From contig JAFASC010000078.1 in NCBI GenBank assembly GCA_019244955.1, positions 1 to 50,536 on the forward strand: a DNA stretch of 50,536 nucleotides. The letters are read 5' to 3'. The notes below the pieces were generated by a model that saw only the letters and a list, made by a program, of their open reading frames with translations, searched no databases and was not told the DNA's origin. Each line of letters begins with the position of its first letter. Positions within the stretch are counted from its first letter, which is position 1. This DNA comes from Methylobacteriaceae bacterium (GTDB taxonomy: Bacteria; Pseudomonadota; Alphaproteobacteria; Rhizobiales; Beijerinckiaceae). The translations under genes were made by a program, and so were the position numbers. Positions 8,542 to 16,469 of this stretch are shown here, in pieces.

Positions 8542-9429
8542 GTGACTTTGCTCCTCGCGCATCTCTCCGACGCCCATATCGGTCCCCTCCCCCGCCCCCA
8601 TCGGCGCGAGCTCCTCGGCAAGCGGATTACCGGTTACATGAATTGGCAGCGCGGGCGATCGCTCACGCACAGTATGGACGTTCTGGCCGCGATCGTCGCC
8701 GACATTCATGCGCAAAAACCCGATCATATCGCGATGACCGGGGATATCCTCAATATCGGGCTCAAGGCGGAATTTCCCTTCGCTGCCGCTTGGCTGGAGA
8801 CCCTTGGGCCGCCGGATAAGGTGAGCTTCGTCCCCGGCAATCACGATGCCTATACGCGCGGGTCGATGCCGCATGTCGCGAGCACCTTCGCGAAATGGAC
8901 GACGAGCGACGCAACTGGCGAGAGCGGCTTCCCGTATCTGCGGATGCGCAACGGCATCGCGCTGATCGGCCTGTCATCCGGCGTACCGACCGCTCCCTTT
9001 CTCGCCTCCGGCCGACTTGGCTCGAAACAGCGCGGACGTCTCGACGCGCTCCTTGCCGATCTCGCACGGCAGAACATGGCGCGCGTCATCATGGTGCATC
9101 ATCCGCCGAACCGTGGCGGGGGCGGCGCCGGCCGCAGCCTGACCGATCGCCGTGAATTCGAGGAGATCGTCTCGCGGCGCGGCGCGCACCTCGTCGTCCA
9201 CGGGCACAATCACCGCATGACCATCAGCTATATCGAACGCAACAACGCGCGTATCCCCGTCGTCGGCGTGCAATCGGCGTCCGCGAGCGGCGGCACGCGC
9301 ATGCATCGGGCGGGCTACAATCTGTTTCGGATCGAGCCTGAGAAAGGCGGTGTGAAGATCACCGCGCGGGCGCGCGGATTGTCGCCGGTGACCAACACGA
9401 TGGAGGACTTGGGAGAATATAGGCTGTGA
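8542..9429 (+). CDS. Metallophosphoesterase (calcineurin-like)
   Basis: LLLAHLSDAHIG, MTGDILN, VPGNHD, HHPP and VHGHNH motifs. GTG at 8542 has AGGGA upstream. The listed TTG at 8497 would overlap the divergent Nudix start. Confidence 0.8.
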   Translation: MTLLLAHLSDAHIGPLPRPHRRELLGKRITGYMNWQRGRSLTHSMDVLAAIVADIHAQKPDHIAMTGDILNIGLKAEFPFAAAWLETLGPPDKVSFVPGNHDAYTRGSMPHVASTFAKWTTSDATGESGFPYLRMRNGIALIGLSSGVPTAPFLASGRLGSKQRGRLDALLADLARQNMARVIMVHHPPNRGGGGAGRSLTDRREFEEIVSRRGAHLVVHGHNHRMTISYIERNNARIPVVGVQSASASGGTRMHRAGYNLFRIEPEKGGVKITARARGLSPVTNTMEDLGEYRL

Positions 9430-9450
9430 GCGATCGAGAACTCATCTGAT

Positions 9451-10026
9451 TCAGGAGTTCTGAATGGGGTCGGCACGCATGGCTTCGAGCACTGTAACGA
9501 TTTCCGTCACCAAATCAGGGATGGTCCGCACGCCATCAAGCCGCAAGACCGGGCAGGACAACGTGGCCAGCCATTCCTCATGGTCCGCGCGGTTGCGGCT
9601 CGCGCGGCGTCCTTGATCGTACTCTGAAGCCCAGGCGATGAATTCTTCCGTCGCCTCATGCCTCCAGGCGCCCGGAACCAGGGCATCCGCTCCAAAGCGA
9701 CGCGTCTCCCGCTCACGAAGCCGGTGCACCCTGAACTCCGCCGGCACAATCAGGAAGACGACAAGATCCAACAGAGGCACGAGCGGATCGCCCCAGCCGG
9801 TGAGCGAGCCGCTGAGAACCCACTCGGGGCTTGGCAGGAACACCTCTCGCATCAGGCGGAGACGATCCGCAACGTCGCGCTTTCGCTGGAAGGAGGGCGT
9901 CGTCGGCGCCCAGAAATAATCGTCGGTGTCGTGGTGAGGCACTGCGAGCGCGTCAGCTAGGGCTCGGCCAAGCGTCGTGGTGCCCGTGCCTGACGCTCCT
10001 GTGATGTGGACGCGACGAGATTGCAT
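9451..10026 (-). CDS. Small P-loop NTPase / adenylate-kinase-like protein with atypical Walker A
   Basis: HITGASGTGTTTLGRALA resembles a Walker A loop, but Thr sits where the conserved Lys normally does. 191 aa. Confidence 0.65.
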   Translation of the reverse strand: MQSRRVHITGASGTGTTTLGRALADALAVPHHDTDDYFWAPTTPSFQRKRDVADRLRLMREVFLPSPEWVLSGSLTGWGDPLVPLLDLVVFLIVPAEFRVHRLRERETRRFGADALVPGAWRHEATEEFIAWASEYDQGRRASRNRADHEEWLATLSCPVLRLDGVRTIPDLVTEIVTVLEAMRADPIQNS

Positions 10027-10050
10027 AGTGCGAGGTGGGACTTCGCCGAT

Positions 10051-10950
10051 CTAATCCGCCATCCCCATGACCTGAAACATATGCGCGAGCTCCTCTGACA
10101 TTGGGATGTTCAGCCGCTCGCCGGTCGGCAGCCGCTTCAAAAACCATTTTTCATAAAGCCAGCGCAATTCGCGCGCTTCGGCCAGTCGCGCAAACGTCTT
10201 CTGCACGAGTGTGGACAAAGCCGGATCGTTCTTGCGGAACATGATGCCGTAGGGCTCATACGAGAGGTTTTCGGGCAGCACAGTATAGTCACTGCCTTTC
10301 GGTCCTTCGGCGGCGATCAGGCCATAAAGGAGCACATCGTCGAGCGCCAACGCGTCGGCCTTGCCTTCTTTGACCAAGGAGAAGGATTCGGCGTGGTCAC
10401 GGCCGATGACGATCTCCGCCGGGATCTTGAGCTGATCGAAGACGCGGCGGATCGCGTCCGCATTGGTCGTGCCAGCCGTTACCGCGACCTTCTTGCCGCG
10501 CAGATCGCGGTACGAGCGGATCGGCGAAGCCTTGCGCACGAGCAGTTTCGTCGCGCTGACGTAATAAGTCGGTGAGAAGTCGACGACCTTGCGCCGCTCG
10601 AGATTGTCGGTGGTCGATCCGCATTCGAGATCGATCGCGCCCGATGTAACCGCCTCGAACCGGTTTGCCGACGTCACTGGCTTGTAATCGATGTTGAGAT
10701 CATCGCGGCCGAGCTCATGCGCCATATCGTCAACGATCTCCTGGCAAAGATCGATCGCGTAGCCGATCGGCTGTTTGAGCTGATTGAGATAGGAGAAGGG
10801 CAGCGAACTTTCGCGATAGCCGATCGTCACCGTGCCGGAATCGTCGGCTTTTTTCAGCGTGCCTGTAAGTTCACCTTCGGCCCGTGCCAACGCGGCGCCG
10901 AAGACCATTGCCGCAAGAGCGGCCGTGAGCGCCCGCAGCCGCGCCCGCAT
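10051..10950 (-). CDS. Periplasmic polar amino-acid (Glu/Asp-type) binding protein, ABC-type SBP family 3, with no adjacent permease or ATPase
   Basis: Signal peptide MRARLRALTAALAAMVFGAALARA, then TVTIGYRESSLPFSY...AIDLCQEI...DLECGSTT.... Start trimmed to the ATG at 10950, because the listed ORF start (11304) runs into the upstream transporter gene. Confidence 0.85.
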   Translation of the reverse strand: MRARLRALTAALAAMVFGAALARAEGELTGTLKKADDSGTVTIGYRESSLPFSYLNQLKQPIGYAIDLCQEIVDDMAHELGRDDLNIDYKPVTSANRFEAVTSGAIDLECGSTTDNLERRKVVDFSPTYYVSATKLLVRKASPIRSYRDLRGKKVAVTAGTTNADAIRRVFDQLKIPAEIVIGRDHAESFSLVKEGKADALALDDVLLYGLIAAEGPKGSDYTVLPENLSYEPYGIMFRKNDPALSTLVQKTFARLAEARELRWLYEKWFLKRLPTGERLNIPMSEELAHMFQVMGMAD

Positions 10951-10955
10951 CGGAT

Positions 10956-12233
10956 TTACTCCGCCGGGACTGGCGTGACGCCGATCCCCTTGTCGAGACT
11001 CTGATCTTCCAGCGTCAGCTGGCCTTCCCATTTGGCCACCGCCGCCGTCGCGATGCTGTTGCCGAGCACATTCGTCGCCGAGCGGCCCATGTCGAGGAAC
11101 TGGTCGATACCGATGATGAGCAACAACCCGGCTTCGGGAATGTTGAACGTCGACAGCGTCGCCGAGATGACGACGAGTGAGGCGCGCGGCACGCCCGCCA
11201 TGCCCTTCGACGTCACCATAAGAAGGAGGAGCATTGTGAACTGCTGGCCGAGCGTCAGAGGAATGTTGTAGGCCTGCGCGATGAAGATTGCCGCAAACGT
11301 GCAATACATCATCGAGCCGTCGAGGTTGAACGAATAGCCCATTGGCAGGACGAAACTTGTGATGCGGTTCGGCACGCCGAACACTTCGAGCTGACGCAGC
11401 GTCTTCGGATACGCGGCTTCACTCGATGCCGTCGAGAACGCGAGCAAGAACGGCTCTTTGATCAGGCTGAGCATGCGGGTCATCTGCCTGCCCATGAGCG
11501 CGTAGCCGGCGAGTGCCAGCACGCACCAGAGGATCGCCAGGCTGAGGTAGAACTCCAGCATGAACTTGCCGTAAGTGATCAGCACACCAAGGCCTTGCGT
11601 GGTGATGATCGCTGCCATCGCCGCAAAGACGGCGAGCGGCGCGAAGTTCATGATATAGCCGGTGACGCGCAGCATCACGTCGGCGACCTGCTCGAAACCT
11701 TCGGCGAGAAGCTTGCCCTTGGGACCAAGCGAGGCGAGCGCGACGCCGAAGAAGATTGAGAACACGACAATCTGCAGAATCTCGTTATTCGCCATCGCCT
11801 CGATCGCGCTCTTCGGCACCAGATGGGTGACGAATTCCTTCAGCGACAGCGACGCCGCTTTGAGATTTGTCGATGCGCCAGCGTCCGGCAGCGGCAGATT
11901 GAGGTCGTCCCCCGGCCGCAGCAGGCTGACCATGATCAGGCCGATGAGCAGCGACACGAAGGACGCGCCCACGAACCAAAGCAGCGCCTTGCCACCGATG
12001 CGGCCGACCGAGGCGGTGTCGCCCATATGCGCGATGCCAACCACCAGCGTCGAGAAGACGAGCGGCGCGATGATCATCTTGATGAGGCGCAAAAAGAGGT
12101 CGGTGATGAGGCCGATATAACCGGCGATTGCCTTGTCGGTCTGCGGATCGGGCCAGGTGATGCTGCAGAGATAGCCGACGATGATGCCGAGGACCATGCC
12201 GATGAGGATGAAGGTCGTCAGTCTGGATCGCAT
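10956..12233 (-). CDS. Dicarboxylate/amino acid:cation symporter (DAACS; DctA/GltP family)
   Basis: 425 aa, polytopic. FSTASSEAAYPKT, VLPMGYSFNLDGS and IGIDQFLDMGRSATNVLGNS are DAACS hallmarks. The stop is 5 nt upstream of the SBP start. Confidence 0.9.
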   Translation of the reverse strand: MRSRLTTFILIGMVLGIIVGYLCSITWPDPQTDKAIAGYIGLITDLFLRLIKMIIAPLVFSTLVVGIAHMGDTASVGRIGGKALLWFVGASFVSLLIGLIMVSLLRPGDDLNLPLPDAGASTNLKAASLSLKEFVTHLVPKSAIEAMANNEILQIVVFSIFFGVALASLGPKGKLLAEGFEQVADVMLRVTGYIMNFAPLAVFAAMAAIITTQGLGVLITYGKFMLEFYLSLAILWCVLALAGYALMGRQMTRMLSLIKEPFLLAFSTASSEAAYPKTLRQLEVFGVPNRITSFVLPMGYSFNLDGSMMYCTFAAIFIAQAYNIPLTLGQQFTMLLLLMVTSKGMAGVPRASLVVISATLSTFNIPEAGLLLIIGIDQFLDMGRSATNVLGNSIATAAVAKWEGQLTLEDQSLDKGIGVTPVPAE

Positions 12234-12346
12234 GATGCCGCCCCCGCAAAATGGCTGCCCTGCTCAGACGGGGAGCAGGATGCGTGCCACTCGAAAGCCA
12301 CGCTAATCCCCTTTGCGGGTGCTGTCACGCAGCCGCGACCAGTGTC

Positions 12347-13033
12347 TCAGCCGGCGATCTGTAGCTTGTAGATGTACCAAGCCGCCGCCGCGATCAGGGC
12401 AAAGAGCATCGCCACCCCGAGAAGATCGACGAGGAAGACGAAGGCCCGCACGAAGAACCGGCGTCGAGGGCGCGCGGGAGTGGAATTCGCAGGCGCGCCG
12501 AATCCGTAAGCGGCAGCCCCGCTCGGTTCATCGTACCGTGCCGGCGTGGCGTCCGCGGCTAGTGCCCGCTCGCGCTCGATCAGGCGCTGTGCGATGTAGT
12601 TCGTCACCGCCTCGACCATTTTGTCGATCTGCTCGGTCTCGCAAAGTGTAATGCGCCCGTGCCGCGTATCTTGCAGAAACCGATAGAGTCGGCGGTCGCG
12701 GCCCATTTCGACAAACCCGATCATATCAATGAACAAGCGCGGGTGCTCGGAAGGGACGAGCGCGACATCGAAGAGATCGCAATGCCTTGGCACTTGCGCG
12801 AGCACGGGCGCGAGCTGGTCCTGCAGCATTTCAAGCCGCGCCACCCCGGCACCGCGCAATTCAGAGATCACGTCGGAACGCTCGGCACTCTCAATGCGGG
12901 CCTTGCGAAGCGCGCTTTTCAAGTCGCCGACAGGCCGCGAGGCGGCATCCGGTATGTCGACGTGCGGATGAGGAAATTCATCGCGCACGGCAGCACGCTC
13001 AGCGTCGTCCACGACAAAACTCCGCTTCGACAA
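12347..13033 (-). CDS. Hypothetical tail-anchored membrane protein
   Basis: 228 aa with GC-rich third positions. Soluble N-terminal region with no motif I recognise. Single C-terminal TM (FFVRAFVFLVDLLGVAMLFALIAAAAWYIY). Confidence 0.6.
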   Translation of the reverse strand: MSKRSFVVDDAERAAVRDEFPHPHVDIPDAASRPVGDLKSALRKARIESAERSDVISELRGAGVARLEMLQDQLAPVLAQVPRHCDLFDVALVPSEHPRLFIDMIGFVEMGRDRRLYRFLQDTRHGRITLCETEQIDKMVEAVTNYIAQRLIERERALAADATPARYDEPSGAAAYGFGAPANSTPARPRRRFFVRAFVFLVDLLGVAMLFALIAAAAWYIYKLQIAG

Positions 13034-13096
13034 CGCGTCCGCCGCCCTAAACCCAGGCTGAACATAAACAAAGTCGGCAAACTGGCAAAGCGAAGC

Positions 13097-13735
13097 TTAG
13101 CTGCCGCGCAGCCTTCGCACCGTCATTTCCACGATGTTTTCCGTACCCTGCTGCAGGACGGCAGCGGGGTCGCAGGCTTTGGACGCGGCAAGATGGCCGG
13201 AGACGGCCAGCATGGCAACGCCGTGCGAATACGCCCAGATCTGAAAGGCGAGATCGCGCGCGGCACTCTCTGGCGCGCCATAGCTGCGTAAGATTGCGAC
13301 TGACGCGCGCCGCAAGCTGTCCAAGGCAGCGTCCGCGGCGGCTCCCGGGGCAGGCGCGGCAAGCGTCTGCACATTGCCGAACATGGCGGCGTAGAGTCCA
13401 GGCTCTTCCTGGGCAAATGCCAGATAGGCCGCCCCCATTCGGCGAAACGCTTCGAGGATCGTTGGACGCCCCTCGTCCCAGGCTCGCGCGAGCCGCTCGC
13501 CAAACAATTGGAAGCCGCGGCTTGCGAGCTCGCCCATGAGCTCGTTGCGGTCGCTGAAATGGCGATACGGCGCAGCTGCGGTGACCCCGACGCGCTTGGC
13601 GGCCTCGGCGAGGGTGAATCCTGCTGTGCCGCGCTCCGCAACCAAGCTGCGCGCGGCTTCGATCAGTGCATCGCGCAGGCGCCCGTGATGATAGCCGCGG
13701 CGCTCGCCGCCGAAGAAATGTTGCTTCGGATCCAT
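13097..13735 (-). CDS. TetR/AcrR-family transcriptional regulator
   Basis: HTH FTLAEAAKRVGVTAAAPYRHFSDRNEL near the N-terminus. 212 aa. Confidence 0.85.
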   Translation of the reverse strand: MDPKQHFFGGERRGYHHGRLRDALIEAARSLVAERGTAGFTLAEAAKRVGVTAAAPYRHFSDRNELMGELASRGFQLFGERLARAWDEGRPTILEAFRRMGAAYLAFAQEEPGLYAAMFGNVQTLAAPAPGAAADAALDSLRRASVAILRSYGAPESAARDLAFQIWAYSHGVAMLAVSGHLAASKACDPAAVLQQGTENIVEMTVRRLRGS

Positions 13736-13889
13736 TGCCCAACCCTAGAACGGACACTGCTCGATTGGGAAGCAAGCCCGGATCGGCCGATTCGCTCAGC
13801 GGGACAAGTTTGCACGGAACTTGCGACTGCGTCGCCGTGCGCGCGTACGAGAGGGTAGATTCCGGCTCCTTGCCTTATCGGAGTGCGAA

Positions 13890-13967
13890 ATGACCAAAAC
13901 TTTGGACTATCTTGCTGTGCTCGCGGCACTTGCGATCATCGGCGCGGTGTGCGTCGGAATGCGTTGA
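13890..13967 (+). CDS. Candidate 25-aa hydrophobic peptide (MTKTLDYLAVLAALAIIGAVCVGMR)
   Basis: ATG preceded by GGAG with a 6-nt spacer. One predicted TM helix. Below the ORF-track cutoff. Third-position GC is only moderate, so coding is uncertain. Confidence 0.3.
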   Translation: MTKTLDYLAVLAALAIIGAVCVGMR

Positions 13968-14084
13968 GAGACCCGCGTAAACCTCGTTCCTGAACAAAAT
14001 AAAGGCAGCTCCTCTTGGCGAATACGGTGGTTTGCCACCATATTCGCCTCGTCCGCGCGATCCCGCGCGGGTGAGGAGGACGTA

Positions 14085-15074
14085 ATGTCCAGGAAGTTTT
14101 TCGTCGCGGCAGCCGCTATCCTGCTCGCCGCTACGCTCAGCGTCGGCGACACCTATGCTCGCGCCGGTGGCGGCGGTTCATTCGGCAGCCGCGGCTCGCG
14201 CAGTTTCTCGATGCCGTCTGCGACGCCGACGGCGCCCCGAGTGTCGCCCTTTGAGCGGGCGCCCGGCGCCTCCACGCTGAATCCCGGGTTGCAACGGCCG
14301 GGCTTCAACCGCTCCGGCGGGTTCTTCGGCGGCGGCTTCGGCCGCGGCTTTTTGGGAGGGCTTGTCGGCGCCGGCCTCCTTGGGTTGCTGTTCGGCCACG
14401 GCCTGTTCGGCGGGTTCAGCGGCATCTTCTCGATGCTGGGCCTCCTGCTGCAGATCGGGTTAATCGTCCTCCTGGTGCGCCTGGCCTTCGGCTTCTTCCG
14501 CAACCGGCAGCGGCCCGCGTTCGCGGGTGCGCCCTTCGGCGGCCCTCCCGGGCCGGATTATGTCGGTAGCTACCGCACCGCTTCCGGCCCGCTCGGGGGC
14601 AGCCCCCTCGGGGGAGCGCCGCTCAGCGGCGGCTACGCTGCGGCTCCGGCGACAGCCCCCATCGAGATCGCGAAGGCCGACTACGATGCGTTCGAGTCGC
14701 GCCTCACCGAAATCCAGGATGCCTATGGGCGCGGCGACCTCACCACGCTTCGGCGGCTGACGACGCCGGAGATGGCCGAGGAATTCGCTCGGGAAATCGC
14801 CGCTAACACGCAACGCGGCGTGGTGGACAAGGTGTCCGGCGCCCGTCTTATCCAGGGTGATCTGTCCGAGGCCTGGCGCGAGCCGGACGCGGAATACGCA
14901 ACGGTCGCAATGCGCTACTCAGTCCTGAATCCGATCGTGGATCAAGCAACGGGTCGGGTCGTCTCAGGCAGCTCGAGCGTGCCTGAGGAGGTGACGGAGG
15001 TGTGGACGTTCCAGCGGCCCGCGGGCGGGACAGCCCAGGATTGGCTGCTTTCGGCAATCCAGCAAACGCACTGA
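14085..15074 (+). CDS. Tim44-like domain membrane protein
   Basis: Signal/TM N-terminus, Gly-rich low-complexity region, TM segment. C-terminal Tim44-like region (DYDAFESRLTEIQDAY...LSEAWRE...EVWTFQRP...DWLLSAIQQ). GAGGAGG RBS. Confidence 0.75.
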   Translation: MSRKFFVAAAAILLAATLSVGDTYARAGGGGSFGSRGSRSFSMPSATPTAPRVSPFERAPGASTLNPGLQRPGFNRSGGFFGGGFGRGFLGGLVGAGLLGLLFGHGLFGGFSGIFSMLGLLLQIGLIVLLVRLAFGFFRNRQRPAFAGAPFGGPPGPDYVGSYRTASGPLGGSPLGGAPLSGGYAAAPATAPIEIAKADYDAFESRLTEIQDAYGRGDLTTLRRLTTPEMAEEFAREIAANTQRGVVDKVSGARLIQGDLSEAWREPDAEYATVAMRYSVLNPIVDQATGRVVSGSSSVPEEVTEVWTFQRPAGGTAQDWLLSAIQQTH

Positions 15075-15094
15075 TTTTCCACCAAGAACTTCGG

Positions 15095-15122
15095 AAAGCG
15101 GGCGGCAACGCCCGCTTTTTTA
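15095..15122 (+). terminator. Rho-independent terminator after the Tim44-like gene
   Basis: AAAGCGGGCG-GCAA-CGCCCGCTTT followed by a T-run, 20 nt after the stop codon. Confidence 0.7.
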
Positions 15123-15159
15123 CGTGTGGTGTGCCGTTCCGCACATGGACAAATCCAAG

Positions 15160-15184
15160 ATGTGAATGTATTTTACATTCACAT
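15160..15184. promoter_or_regulatory. Perfect 11-3-11 palindrome ATGTGAATGTA-TTT-TACATTCACAT (candidate operator)
   Basis: Read directly. Strongly AT-rich in a GC-rich background. Lies between the terminator and the DUF2852-like gene. Confidence 0.45.
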
Positions 15185-15206
15185 GGGCGCTACCGAAGAG
15201 GCGCTG

Positions 15207-15746
15207 ATGCAATCCTGGAGCTCACCTATGAGTGCCTACACGAATACCGTCGACAACGGCCCCTGGAATCAGCAGCAGGGCTACCGTCGATGCAGCCGCT
15301 GGCATCCCCTGGAGCTGGCGGCAATGATCGGCGGCTTCATTGTGTTCTGGCCGGTCGGTCTCGCCATCCTCGCCCTAAAAATCGCGCAGAAGCGGGAAGG
15401 TTATCCCGGCGACCTGTTCTCCTACGGCAGGGATAAGGCTTCGGCGAAGTGGCAAGCCTGGAACGCCTCGCAGCAAACCTGGTGCGGCAGCTGGTCGGGC
15501 TCCTGGCAGAGCCGTCACTCGGGCATCCGGGGGACCGGCAATAGCGCCTTCGACGATTGGCGCAACGCCGAGCTTGCCCGGCTCGAGGAGGAGCGCCGCA
15601 AGCTGGTACAGGCCGAGCGCGAATTCTCCGAATATCTCGACCGCCTGCGCCGTGCCCGCGATCGCGAAGAATTCGACCGCTTCATGAACGAGCGCCGTAA
15701 CGCACAGAGCGGCGAAGGTACACCCGGCCCCTCCCCCTCCGCGTAA
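15207..15746 (+). CDS. DUF2852-like membrane protein
   Basis: TM (LELAAMIGGFIVFWPVGLAILALKI), then GNSAFDDWRNAELARLEEERRKL...ARDREEFDRFMNERR. This matches my memory of the DUF2852 pattern. Start ambiguous: ATG at 15183, 15207 (AGAGG RBS) or 15228 (GGAG RBS). Confidence 0.7.
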   Translation: MQSWSSPMSAYTNTVDNGPWNQQQGYRRCSRWHPLELAAMIGGFIVFWPVGLAILALKIAQKREGYPGDLFSYGRDKASAKWQAWNASQQTWCGSWSGSWQSRHSGIRGTGNSAFDDWRNAELARLEEERRKLVQAEREFSEYLDRLRRARDREEFDRFMNERRNAQSGEGTPGPSPSA

Positions 15747-15755
15747 CCCTGGCGG

Positions 15756-16148
15756 ATGGGTCTCGCACCACTCCTGGGAGCGCCGGCAATCGTGCAGCTG
15801 CATATTGCCGGCGCTCTCGCTGCTGTGGGGCTCGGAGGCGCGGTCCTCTTCTTGCGCAAAGGAACGCGCATCCACCGCCGCATCGGCTGGTCTTGGGTCA
15901 GCGCGATGTTCATAGTGGCGGTCACCTCGTTTTGGATCACCGGGATTAGACCGGGCCAATTCAGCCCCATCCATCTTCTCTCGATACTGACGCTCTTGAC
16001 GCTTCCATTCGCGATATGGGCGCGGCGCGCTGGGCGTATCGGCTCGCATCGCGCAGCAATGATCAGCCTCTATGTTTCGCTTGTAGCGGCAGGCGCTTTC
16101 ACGCTGCTGCCGAACCGTCTTCTGGGCCACGCAGTATTCGGCGGCTGA
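15756..16148 (+). CDS. Small integral membrane protein (about 4 TM; DUF2306-like guess)
   Basis: 130 aa, four hydrophobic segments. Begins 9 nt after the preceding gene. Confidence 0.55.
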   Translation: MGLAPLLGAPAIVQLHIAGALAAVGLGGAVLFLRKGTRIHRRIGWSWVSAMFIVAVTSFWITGIRPGQFSPIHLLSILTLLTLPFAIWARRAGRIGSHRAAMISLYVSLVAAGAFTLLPNRLLGHAVFGG

Positions 16149-16160
16149 GCATCGAAGTTT

Positions 16161-16469
16161 TTAGTAGTAGCGCGGGATCGGTCCGCGCTGCGGCGTCACC
16201 CGCTCGCCAAGGTCGAGGACGACCTCATCGATATAGCACCAACCCCAGCCCTCCGGTGGATCGTAGCCTTCGATGATCGGATGTCCCGTCGCATGAAAAT
16301 GCTTTGTCGCATGCCGGTTCGGTGAATCGTCGCAGCAACCGACATGGCCGCAAGTCCGGCACAAGCGCAGATGCACCCAGATCGAACCGGTTTTCAAACA
16401 TTCTTCGCAACCGAGCGCACTCGGCCTGACGTCGCGAATTCCGGCGGCATGAATACATTCATATACCAT
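16161..16469 (-). CDS. UBP-type zinc-finger (ZnF-UBP) protein
   Basis: CEECLKTGSIWVHLRLCRTCGHVGCCDDSPNRHATKHFHATGHP carries the Cys/His spacing of ZnF-UBP. Start trimmed to the ATG at 16469 (MVYECIH...), overlapping the upstream gene by 11 nt. Confidence 0.8.
   Translation of the reverse strand: MVYECIHAAGIRDVRPSALGCEECLKTGSIWVHLRLCRTCGHVGCCDDSPNRHATKHFHATGHPIIEGYDPPEGWGWCYIDEVVLDLGERVTPQRGPIPRYY

Noticed and set aside
9437-9461. Hairpin AGAACTC-N11-GAGTTCT between the convergent metallophosphoesterase and P-loop genes, read as a bidirectional terminator. A similar weak hairpin lies at about 37889-37906.
   Set aside because: The stems are short (7 bp) and AT-containing, with no flanking T/A tracts. 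One arm lies inside the coding sequence. This is too weak to call.
10951-11304. N-terminal extensions of listed ORFs that run into the preceding gene: 10051-11304, 2325-3062, 22153-23322, 23252-24016, 28267-29601, 29541-30320, 16161-16526, 47183-47941, 36663-37874.
   Set aside because: The extension overlaps the upstream gene in another frame and is Arg-rich nonsense. Internal starts give canonical N-termini (signal peptides, the ABC 'L.V.GL.K.FGG' opening) and classic 1-4 nt stop/start overlaps.
15161-15183. The TGTGA...TCACA ends of the 15160 palindrome read as a CRP/FNR-family site.
   Set aside because: CRP-type sites have a 6-nt spacer between the pentamers (FNR/FixK: TTGAT-N4-ATCAA). 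Here the spacer is 13 nt, so the family assignment is not supported. The palindrome is kept as an unassigned operator candidate.
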